Notes under the pieces: generated by a model
Databases searched by the model: none
What the model saw: the letters and a program-made list of their open reading frames with translations, nothing else
Told to the model about the DNA's origin: nothing
Translations under genes and position numbers: made by a program
Assembly (NCBI GenBank): GCA_947302975.1
Contig: CAMYXA010000002.1
Span: 26,627 to 90,626, forward strand
Length of the DNA: 64,000 nt
Source: an uncultured Candidatus Saccharibacteria bacterium
GTDB lineage: Bacteria; Patescibacteriota; Saccharimonadia; Saccharimonadales; Saccharimonadaceae
Direction: 5' to 3'
In this document: piece by piece, positions 56,608 through 64,000 of the stretch
Layout: each line of letters starts with the position of its first letter
How positions within the stretch are numbered: the first letter of the stretch is position 1

Positions 56608-57054
56608 ATGATCAAGAAGAGTATCAGCCTTACTGCAGAAGGTAAGAAAGAATTAGAGAAAGAACTTGAACAGCTTATTGCCGAGCGCCCAGCCATTACC
56701 GAACGTATTGCCACTGCCCGTGCTTTTGGTGATTTGTCCGAGAATGAAGAATATAGCTCCGCAAGAAATGAGCAAAAGCTCGCTGAGAGTCGCATTCTAG
56801 AAATCCAAGACATTTTGAAAAACGCCAAGATTATCAAGGGTGGATCGAAATCCGCAGTTGTGCTTGGCGCAACCGTCGACATCGACTTTGGCGGCGCCAA
56901 AAAGACCTACACCGTCGTTGGTCCAACTGAAGCCAACCCACTCGAAGGCAAAATCAGCAACGAGTCCCCAATCGGCAAAGAGCTCTTAGGACACAAAACC
57001 GGCGAAAGCTTCGACTTTAACGGCAAAAAAGTTAAAATCTTAGCAATCAAATAG
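56608..57054 (+). CDS. greA: Transcription elongation factor GreA
   Basis: ARAFGDLSENEEY, ISNESPIG motifs; promoter TTGACA-17-TAAACT at 56547-56575. Confidence 0.96.
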   Translation: MIKKSISLTAEGKKELEKELEQLIAERPAITERIATARAFGDLSENEEYSSARNEQKLAESRILEIQDILKNAKIIKGGSKSAVVLGATVDIDFGGAKKTYTVVGPTEANPLEGKISNESPIGKELLGHKTGESFDFNGKKVKILAIK

Positions 57055-57064
57055 TCTTTAAGAT

Positions 57065-57100
57065 AAGCAATCATCTTTAAAAAGAGGTGATTGCTTTTTT
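57065..57100 (+). terminator. Intrinsic terminator
   Basis: AAGCAATCAT...GTGATTGCTTTTTT. Confidence 0.7.
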
Positions 57101-57129
57101 ATAGAGTTAGTTTATGGTATAATATTTTT

Positions 57130-58590
57130 ATGTTACTTGAAGATTATCGCAACGAACGTTTGAAAAAACTAGAAGAACTCAAGGCTCGTGGTATCGATCC
57201 GTACCCAGCCAAATCTTATCGCAACGCCAAAATTTCTGACATCATCAATCATTTTGATGAAAAAGAAGGTCAGGAAGTTGTTGTTGCTGGCCGCATTGTC
57301 GCCATTCGCTCGTTCGGTAAACTTGCTTTCATCAAAATCCGTGACTACTTTGGCGAAATCCAAATCTTCATGAAGGCCGACGCATCCGCCGAACCTGTTG
57401 ACACTCCTGATCTCCTCGGCATCAAAGATATTAGACTTCTTGATACTGGCGACTTCATCGAAACTAAAGGTATCGTTGGCAAATCTCAAACTGGCGAAAT
57501 CTCTATCTTCTCTAATGCCGTCAGAATTCTTACCAAATCACTTCGTCCACTTCCAGAACAATTCACCAACAAGGAAGAGCGCTATCGCCGCCGCTATGTT
57601 GATATGAACGTAAACCCAGAAGTTCGCGAGCGCCTCGTTCGCCGCAGCAAATTCTGGCAAGCCACTCGCGACTTCATGAACAAACACGGCTTCATCGAAA
57701 TTAACATTCCAGTCCTCGAGCACACCACTGGTGGTGCCGACGCTACTCCATTTGTTACTCACATTAACGCCTATGACGAAGATCTTTATCTTCGCATTTC
57801 CCACGAGCTTCCTTTAAAGCGCCTTCTTGGTGGTGGCTTTGAAAAAGTCTACGACATCGGCGTCCGCTTCCGCAACGAAGGTGTCGACGACGAGCATCTT
57901 CCAGAACATATTGCTTTTGAGTCTTACGCTGCTTACGAAAACTACGAAGACGGTATGAAACTCTACGAAGAGATGATTAAATACGTCGCCAAAGAAACCT
58001 GGGGAACCTTGGAATTCCACGTTGACGGATTCGACATCAATCTCGACTGTGAATGGCCACGCATCAAATATTCTGATCTTTTGAAAGAAAAATTCGGCGT
58101 CGACGTCTTCAATCCAGATCGCGAACAACTCATTAAGATCCTAAAAGATAACGGCCAAGAAGTAAAAGAAGAAACCACTACCAACCATCTCATCGACGAC
58201 GTCTGGAAACTCATCCGCAAAACTTCCGCTGGTCCATACTGGCTCGTCGAAGAGCCACTCGCTCTCAGCCCACTCGCCAAAGTCGTCCCAGAAAATCCAC
58301 TCGTAACTGAGCGCTTCCATCCAATCATCGCTGGAACCGAAATGGGGAACGGCTATTCAGAGCTTAACGACCCTCTAGATCAGCTCGAGCGCTTCAAAGA
58401 ACAGCAAGCCGCCCGCGACGCTGGCGACGATGAAGCCCAGATGCTTGATCAGGATTTCGTCGAGATGCTTGAGTATGGTATGCCACCAGCCTGTGGCTGG
58501 GGCAACTCCGAACGCAACTTCTGGCTTCTTGAAGGCGTCCCAGGTAGGGAAGCAGTGCCATTTCCTATCATGAAATCCAAGGAAGACTAA
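57130..58590 (+). CDS. lysS: Lysyl-tRNA synthetase class II
   Basis: RYRRRYVD, LRISHEL, FRNEG, EMGNGYSELNDP, YGMPP motifs; start reassigned to 57130. Confidence 0.97.
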   Translation: MLLEDYRNERLKKLEELKARGIDPYPAKSYRNAKISDIINHFDEKEGQEVVVAGRIVAIRSFGKLAFIKIRDYFGEIQIFMKADASAEPVDTPDLLGIKDIRLLDTGDFIETKGIVGKSQTGEISIFSNAVRILTKSLRPLPEQFTNKEERYRRRYVDMNVNPEVRERLVRRSKFWQATRDFMNKHGFIEINIPVLEHTTGGADATPFVTHINAYDEDLYLRISHELPLKRLLGGGFEKVYDIGVRFRNEGVDDEHLPEHIAFESYAAYENYEDGMKLYEEMIKYVAKETWGTLEFHVDGFDINLDCEWPRIKYSDLLKEKFGVDVFNPDREQLIKILKDNGQEVKEETTTNHLIDDVWKLIRKTSAGPYWLVEEPLALSPLAKVVPENPLVTERFHPIIAGTEMGNGYSELNDPLDQLERFKEQQAARDAGDDEAQMLDQDFVEMLEYGMPPACGWGNSERNFWLLEGVPGREAVPFPIMKSKED

Positions 58591-58595
58591 AAAAT

Positions 58596-58624
58596 AAAAA
58601 CCGCCACGATCGTGACGGTTTTTT
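58596..58624. terminator. Bidirectional intrinsic terminator
   Basis: AAAAACCG-c-CACG-at-CGTG-a-CGGTTTTTT. Confidence 0.75.
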
Positions 58625-58667
58625 GATTCGTTTTTATATCACAGCGTATTTACTGTTACATTCTTAT

Positions 58668-59429
58668 TCAGGTTTTTCTGCTTTCAAGCTTAAAATAAAG
58701 CGCATCGTCCGATATGGAAACACCGTACGACACACCTTTAAATGTGTAGTTACTGACTTTTTTATCGAGATGATGTTTTGCTCGATAAGCGTCAGCGTCA
58801 ATCATTGCCATACGTACAAAATCATCAAGATGCTTAGCAACATATTCTTCACGCCAATCCGTATCTCCATCACATTCTTCGGGCTTCAGCATGTCATAAA
58901 ACACCTTATAGCATTCCTTGCCTTTTTCATCGGTTTGAAACGATACGCGACCAACTTTCGAACGACAAAACTCTCTGACTTTTGACGAACTAAACTGATA
59001 CTTGTCCCCGATTGTCGCAAACATCTGCGGGCGTTTAGGTGATTCCAGCAGATATTGCTGCTGACGCGCCTTGGCGGCGTCATCAAGCTGAAAAACCGGG
59101 GTAAGACGAATCAGGAGAGTACTAATTGTATCTCCGTCTCGAAGACTAAGAAAAGCCTTCTTGAATGCGGTGCTGTCGAACCTACAGTGATGATATTTTT
59201 CATATACCTCCCAAAAGACTACACTCATGATCGAATGTCCTTCTTTATCGACGTAAAGATTCTTATCCTTGCAAAACGCAATCACAGATTCAGCGTTCCG
59301 AAGCGCCTTGTAGGTGTCACCCTCAAATGACCCAAGTTCGAAGAACTTCTCATCCGAGCGGCAATAGAACGACGTTCCAGACAAACTTTTTCCAATCGGA
59401 CGACCACTGCCAAAACAATATTCCTTCAT
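58668..59429 (-). CDS. ORFan hypothetical protein (253 aa)
   Basis: SD AAAGGAGGG; own promoter TTGACT-17-TATAAT (59481-59509). Confidence 0.7.
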   Translation of the reverse strand: MKEYCFGSGRPIGKSLSGTSFYCRSDEKFFELGSFEGDTYKALRNAESVIAFCKDKNLYVDKEGHSIMSVVFWEVYEKYHHCRFDSTAFKKAFLSLRDGDTISTLLIRLTPVFQLDDAAKARQQQYLLESPKRPQMFATIGDKYQFSSSKVREFCRSKVGRVSFQTDEKGKECYKVFYDMLKPEECDGDTDWREEYVAKHLDDFVRMAMIDADAYRAKHHLDKKVSNYTFKGVSYGVSISDDALYFKLESRKT

Positions 59430-59537
59430 AATAACATCCCTCCTTTTTAAGGTACAAAAAAAACGAATCTATCTCTTATTATTATACTATATTTTGGGTA
59501 TTTAGTCAAACTAAGCACTATGTTATAATAAACTTGT

Positions 59538-61562
59538 ATGCCAAGTTTTAAGCTTCATTCCAAGTATCAGCCGACTGGCGACCAGCCAGCAGCTATCGAC
59601 CAGCTCGTCAAAGGGATTCTTTCTCATAGACGCGAGCAAACCCTGCTTGGTGTGACCGGCTCCGGCAAGACCTTCACGATGGCCAACATCATCGAAAAGG
59701 TTCAACGACCAACCCTTATCCTTGCCCACAACAAAACCTTGGCCGCACAGCTTTATTCTGAATTTCGCGAGTTCTTTCCAGAAAACGAGGTTCATTATTT
59801 CGTTTCATACTTCGATTACTACCAACCAGAAGCCTACATTGCTTCGACAGATACCTATATTGAAAAAGACTCTGCCATCAACGATGAAATCGACCGTCTT
59901 CGCCATGCCGCAACCGAAGCCTTGCTCACGCGCCGCGATGTAATCGTAGTCGCATCCGTTTCTTGTATCTACGGTATCGGTTCTCCAGCTCACTACCTTG
60001 AGATGTCCCTCCCACTCTGGAAAGACGGCTCTTCCTGGAAAGCCGTAAACCCAGACGCCGAAGAAAACGACCCAGCGAGGAAAGCCGATATTTCCCAGTC
60101 CGATTTCGTTTACGACCTCATCAACATGCAGTATCACCGAAACGACCTCGCTTTTGAGCGCGGTAATTTCCGCATCATGGGCGACACCATCGACCTCTAT
60201 CCAGCTAATGGTGAGTTCGCTTATCGCTTCGAATTTGGTTTTGATACGCTCGAAAAAGTCAAAATTGTCGACCCACTCACCTTCGAGACTCGCGAAGAAC
60301 CAGATCATATCCACATCTTCCCAAACACCCACTATGCAACTCCAAAGGATCAGCTCGAAAAAGCCATCGAATCCATCAAGGCCGAGTTCGATATCCGCAT
60401 GGAGTATTTCAATAAGCACAACAAATACCTCGAAGCCGAGCGCCTCTCGCAGCGCACCAAATATGATCTCGAAATGCTCGAAGAAACCGGCTTTGTGAAG
60501 GGAATCGAAAACTACTCTCGCCACCTCGATGGTCGAAAACCCGGTGAACCACCAGCCACGCTTCTTGATTTCTTCCCGGAGGATTTCCTACTAATCGTTG
60601 ACGAGTCTCACATGACCTTACCACAAGTTCGTGGCATGTATAATGGTGACCACGCTAGGAAGGAAACGCTCGTTGAATACGGTTTCCGTCTTCCATCCGC
60701 CCTCGACAACCGCCCACTAACCTATAACGAATTCAATAACCGCATCAACCAGGCCATTTATGTTTCCGCAACCCCAGGCGAATACGAACTCACACATTCA
60801 CCAAAGCCAGCCGAGCAGGTGATTCGCCCAACCGGCCTTCTCGACCCAGAAATCGAGGTCCGTGGCTCCGATGGACAAATCGACGACTTACTTAGCGAAA
60901 TTCATAATCGCATCAAAAAAGGTCAGCGTACGCTCGTGACCACACTTACCAAACGCATGGCCGAAGATTTGACCGACCACTTGAAAGACCAAGGCATCAA
61001 GACCGCCTATATCCACTCCGATATCGACACCTTGGAACGTGGTGATATTTTGAGAGATCTCCGCGCCGGTGTCTATGATGTACTCGTCGGCATTAATCTC
61101 CTCCGCGAGGGTCTCGACCTTCCAGAAGTTTCACTTGTCGCCATCCTCGACGCCGATAAAGAAGGCTTCCTCCGTTCCGAATCCGCCCTCATCCAAACCA
61201 TCGGCCGCGCTGCTCGTCACGAAGAAGGCAAGGTTATTATGTATGCCGATCAAATCACCGAATCTATGGCTAAGGCCATTGAAGAAACCAACCGTCGCCG
61301 CGAAATTCAGAAAGAATACAACGCCAAGAACAACATCACCCCACATTCCATCAAGAAGGAAATTAGCGCCGGTCTTCGCGCCATCATCCCTGAAAAGATG
61401 AAGGAGAATAAACTAGATATCCGCAAGGTACCGAAAGAAGAATTGCCAGGACTCATCAAGAGCCTCACCGGCGAAATGAAACTTGCCGCCGCCAACCTCG
61501 AGTTCGAAAAAGCCGCCGCTATTCGTGATGAAATTGAGAGAATCAAAGAATTCACCAAATAG
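59538..61562 (+). CDS. uvrB: Excinuclease ABC subunit B
   Basis: [16 protein letters not shown]-like [37 protein letters not shown] motifs. Confidence 0.98.
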   Translation: MPSFKLHSKYQPTGDQPAAIDQLVKGILSHRREQTLLGVTGSGKTFTMANIIEKVQRPTLILAHNKTLAAQLYSEFREFFPENEVHYFVSYFDYYQPEAYIASTDTYIEKDSAINDEIDRLRHAATEALLTRRDVIVVASVSCIYGIGSPAHYLEMSLPLWKDGSSWKAVNPDAEENDPARKADISQSDFVYDLINMQYHRNDLAFERGNFRIMGDTIDLYPANGEFAYRFEFGFDTLEKVKIVDPLTFETREEPDHIHIFPNTHYATPKDQLEKAIESIKAEFDIRMEYFNKHNKYLEAERLSQRTKYDLEMLEETGFVKGIENYSRHLDGRKPGEPPATLLDFFPEDFLLIVDESHMTLPQVRGMYNGDHARKETLVEYGFRLPSALDNRPLTYNEFNNRINQAIYVSATPGEYELTHSPKPAEQVIRPTGLLDPEIEVRGSDGQIDDLLSEIHNRIKKGQRTLVTTLTKRMAEDLTDHLKDQGIKTAYIHSDIDTLERGDILRDLRAGVYDVLVGINLLREGLDLPEVSLVAILDADKEGFLRSESALIQTIGRAARHEEGKVIMYADQITESMAKAIEETNRRREIQKEYNAKNNITPHSIKKEISAGLRAIIPEKMKENKLDIRKVPKEELPGLIKSLTGEMKLAAANLEFEKAAAIRDEIERIKEFTK

Positions 61563-61580
61563 TATGCTATAATAATAAGC

Positions 61581-62519
61581 ATGAACGGGTTGGGCAACTC
61601 TAGTATTGAAGTGATCGAAAAAATCAACCGCCGCATCCGCGCTTGCGACTATCTTGTCGTTGCGCAACTTTTCTTGAAAGATAACTTTCTTCTCGAGCGC
61701 GAACTAGATTTCTCAGATATTAAGCCGAGACTTCTTGGCCACTGGGGAACCTGTCACGGCATCAACGTTGCTTACGCCAACCTCAAAGCTTTTTTCAAAA
61801 ACGACCCGAATTTCTCATTCGTCCTTGGTCCTGGCCACGGCTTCCCAGCCCTCCAAGCCAACCTCTATATTGATGGCGACCTCGAAAAAGTAGACAAGAA
61901 CGCTACCAAAAATTACGACGGCCTCAGATATCTCTGCCGAAACTTCTCTTGGCCAGATGGTTTCCCATCTCACGCCAGTCCATTCACCCCAGGAATCATC
62001 ACCGAAGGCGGCGAGCTTGGCTATGCGCTTGCAAACGCCTACGGCGTAGCTCTCGGACATCCAGAAAAGACCATTGCCGTCCTAATTGGCGACGGCGAAC
62101 TCGAAACTGCCACAGCCCTCGCATCCTTAAACCTCAAAAACCTTCTCTCCGGCTCACAAAACGGCAAAGTTATCCCGATTTTACATCTTAATGGTTACAA
62201 AATTTCTGCTCCATCCATCTACGCTAGAAAATCCGAGAGGGAACTAAACGAACTCATTCGCGGCTTCAGCTTCGACCCGATTTTGATCGATGGCGACGAG
62301 CCAGAAAAATTCCAAATCGCACTCGAGAACGAATCCAAGAATCCATTCTTCATCCTAAAAACCGAGAAAGGCGCCACCGGTCCAAATCGCTACCAATTCT
62401 CACATCAAATCCCACTAAAGAATGTTAAAACCGACGAAAAAGAGCTTAGGATTCTCGAAAAATGGCTGAACTCATACAACATTAAGGAGATAATCAAACA
62501 CATATGTCTGGAAATATAA
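61581..62519 (+). CDS. xfp: Phosphoketolase N-terminal (TPP-binding) subunit
   Basis: GHWGTCHG, GPGHG, SHASP, EGGELGY, GDGELET..NGYKI, HQIP motifs. Confidence 0.88.
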   Translation: MNGLGNSSIEVIEKINRRIRACDYLVVAQLFLKDNFLLERELDFSDIKPRLLGHWGTCHGINVAYANLKAFFKNDPNFSFVLGPGHGFPALQANLYIDGDLEKVDKNATKNYDGLRYLCRNFSWPDGFPSHASPFTPGIITEGGELGYALANAYGVALGHPEKTIAVLIGDGELETATALASLNLKNLLSGSQNGKVIPILHLNGYKISAPSIYARKSERELNELIRGFSFDPILIDGDEPEKFQIALENESKNPFFILKTEKGATGPNRYQFSHQIPLKNVKTDEKELRILEKWLNSYNIKEIIKHICLEI

Positions 62520-63691
62520 TCACCAAGTATCTCGAAAAGCGTCGCAAAGCTCAGGTTTATTCTCCTGCCGAAAAATTTGGCGAGCTCCTCATGAAGAAAC
62601 TCAAAGAAGATCGTCATTTTTATTTCTTTTCTCCAGACGAAACCACATCAAATCGCTTTGATGCCGTATTCGACGTCGAGAAGCGTGCCTGGAACCTACC
62701 AAAAGAATCTTGGGACCTTCCTGAAAGCAAAAACGGCCACATTGTCGAAATGCTTTCTGAAAACGTACTCTTCTCGGTCATGACCGGGCATCTCATGAAT
62801 GGCGAGCAAGCCATGATGGGAAGCTATGAAGCATTCTTCACTGTTGCCGCATCTCAAATCTTGCAGCAAATCAAATTTATTAAACAAACCAAGCAAACTG
62901 AATGGCGAAAACCACTTCCAGCCGTCAACCTACTTTCGACTTCTACCTGCTGGCGCCAAGATCACAATGGCTTCACCCACCAATCTCCAGCCCTTATTTC
63001 AACTCTACTTTCCGTCCCATCAAATCTCGTAAACTGTCTTTTTCCAGTCGACGATATCTCCGTCAAAGACACCTTTGACTTCATGTTAAAATCTAAAAAT
63101 GTTGTAAATCTTACAACATTTAATAAGCACCCTGAACCAAGATTCCTAGATCGCAAGAAGTCCGAAGAACAGTTCAAAAACCACGGCGTTGTTATATTGG
63201 ACGAATTCTCCGACGAAGACCCAGACATCATCCTCGCTGGCGTAGGCGACATCCCAACCCAAGAAATTGTCGCCGCAATCCGCATCATCAAAGACGACGT
63301 TCCGAGTATCAAGATTCGCTGCATCAATATCAACGCGCTTTCATATCGCGCCATCGGCATTTCCACCAACAAGCTCGGCAAGAAAGAATTCGCCGAATAT
63401 TTCACCGCCGACAAGCCGATCGTCGCCTGCTTCCACGGCTATCCAGAAACTTTTGAGAACATTCTCGAAAACTACACCGAGAGAAAGCGCCTCCGTGTCC
63501 ACGGCTTCATCGAGGAGGGTTCAACCACGACTCCATTCGAAATGCTCCGTCGAAACGGCGCTTCAAGATATGATATCGCAATCAGCGTTGCTTCAGCACT
63601 AAGGCAAACTGGCCTCGTCGAAACCTACAAACAAGAACTCGCCAACAACCACAATTATGCCGTAAAATACGGCGAAGATTTATTCGATTAG
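62504..63691 (+). CDS. xfp: Phosphoketolase C-terminal subunit
   Basis: FSPDETTSNR, EMLSE, SYEAF, WRQDHNGFTHQ, GSTTTPFEM motifs. Confidence 0.88.
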   Translation: MSGNIITKYLEKRRKAQVYSPAEKFGELLMKKLKEDRHFYFFSPDETTSNRFDAVFDVEKRAWNLPKESWDLPESKNGHIVEMLSENVLFSVMTGHLMNGEQAMMGSYEAFFTVAASQILQQIKFIKQTKQTEWRKPLPAVNLLSTSTCWRQDHNGFTHQSPALISTLLSVPSNLVNCLFPVDDISVKDTFDFMLKSKNVVNLTTFNKHPEPRFLDRKKSEEQFKNHGVVILDEFSDEDPDIILAGVGDIPTQEIVAAIRIIKDDVPSIKIRCININALSYRAIGISTNKLGKKEFAEYFTADKPIVACFHGYPETFENILENYTERKRLRVHGFIEEGSTTTPFEMLRRNGASRYDIAISVASALRQTGLVETYKQELANNHNYAVKYGEDLFD

Positions 63692-63714
63692 ATTTTGTGT
63701 GATATTATAGCTGC

Positions 63715-64000
63715 ATGGAATTATTTATTTTGATCGTAACTTTGGCTATTCTAGCCGAGACCACTTTTCTTCTTTCAAGGAATAGCAAGAAACTAAAAAC
63801 CGGCAGCGGCCGCCGCAAAGTCTATGTAGACACCTCAGTCCTAATCGACGGACGAATTCTAAACATCGCAAAAACCGGCTTCATTAGCGATGAGATGCTA
63901 ATTCTAAAAAGCGTCCTAAAAGAACTTCAACTTCTTGCCGATGGCAAGGATTCCGAAAAGCGCAGCCGCGCTCGTGCTGGTCTTGAAACCGTAAACGAAC
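63715..64000 (+). CDS. PIN-domain membrane protein (YacL PIN/TRAM-like), truncated by the window end
   Basis: N-terminal TM, then VYVDTSVLIDGRI...VLKELQLLAD. Confidence 0.8.
   Translation, partial: MELFILIVTLAILAETTFLLSRNSKKLKTGSGRRKVYVDTSVLIDGRILNIAKTGFISDEMLILKSVLKELQLLADGKDSEKRSRARAGLETVNE

Noticed and set aside
14263-58624. Numerous GC-rich inverted repeats as a REP/MITE family
   Set aside because: Their sequences differ from one another and they sit at gene ends with A/T tracts, as expected for intrinsic terminators.
1-64000. CRISPR array, IS elements, retron or DGR
   Set aside because: No regularly spaced repeats, transposase, integrase or reverse transcriptase motifs seen.
1-64000. 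TGA recoding (code 25, as in Gracilibacteria/SR1)
   Set aside because: TGA ends genes at expected positions (e.g. 4041, 46595) and conserved genes are uninterrupted under code 11.

Overview
64 kb of a compact, gene-dense bacterial chromosome using the standard genetic code. The gene content suggests Patescibacteria, probably Ca. Saccharibacteria (inference: short AlaS, alpha2-type GlyRS, pyrH and cdsA absent from the rpsB-tsf-frr-uppS-rseP-proS cluster, split phosphoketolase). It contains the 3' part of a Wzx/Wzy polysaccharide locus (1-8813), many housekeeping genes (tmk, ung, typA, tatD, iscS, mnmA, alaS, obgE, glyS, ppa, rarA, trmD, recG, rsmD, rpmE, rpsB, tsf, frr, uppS, rseP, proS, greA, lysS, uvrB), tRNA-Leu(TAG), an envelope/division cluster with a YqgF-MltG fusion, a PAS kinase/receiver pair, a three-gene surface-protein cluster resembling WxL/Csc loci, and several solitary ORFan genes. 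I saw no CRISPR array, transposase, integrase or prophage. The best leads are: (1) an unannotated locus with type I toxin-antitoxin architecture and an adjacent 191-bp imperfect palindrome between tsf and frr; (2) an orphan ~155-nt structured RNA with its own promoter and terminator upstream of glyS; (3) a nested palindromic element in frame inside tatD; (4) unrelated ORFans sharing a promoter/leader design, whereas most core genes appear leaderless; (5) the WxL/Csc-like cluster and a cutinase-vWA protein ending in a sortase-like motif with no membrane anchor. All family assignments come from motif recognition by eye; no database searches were run.
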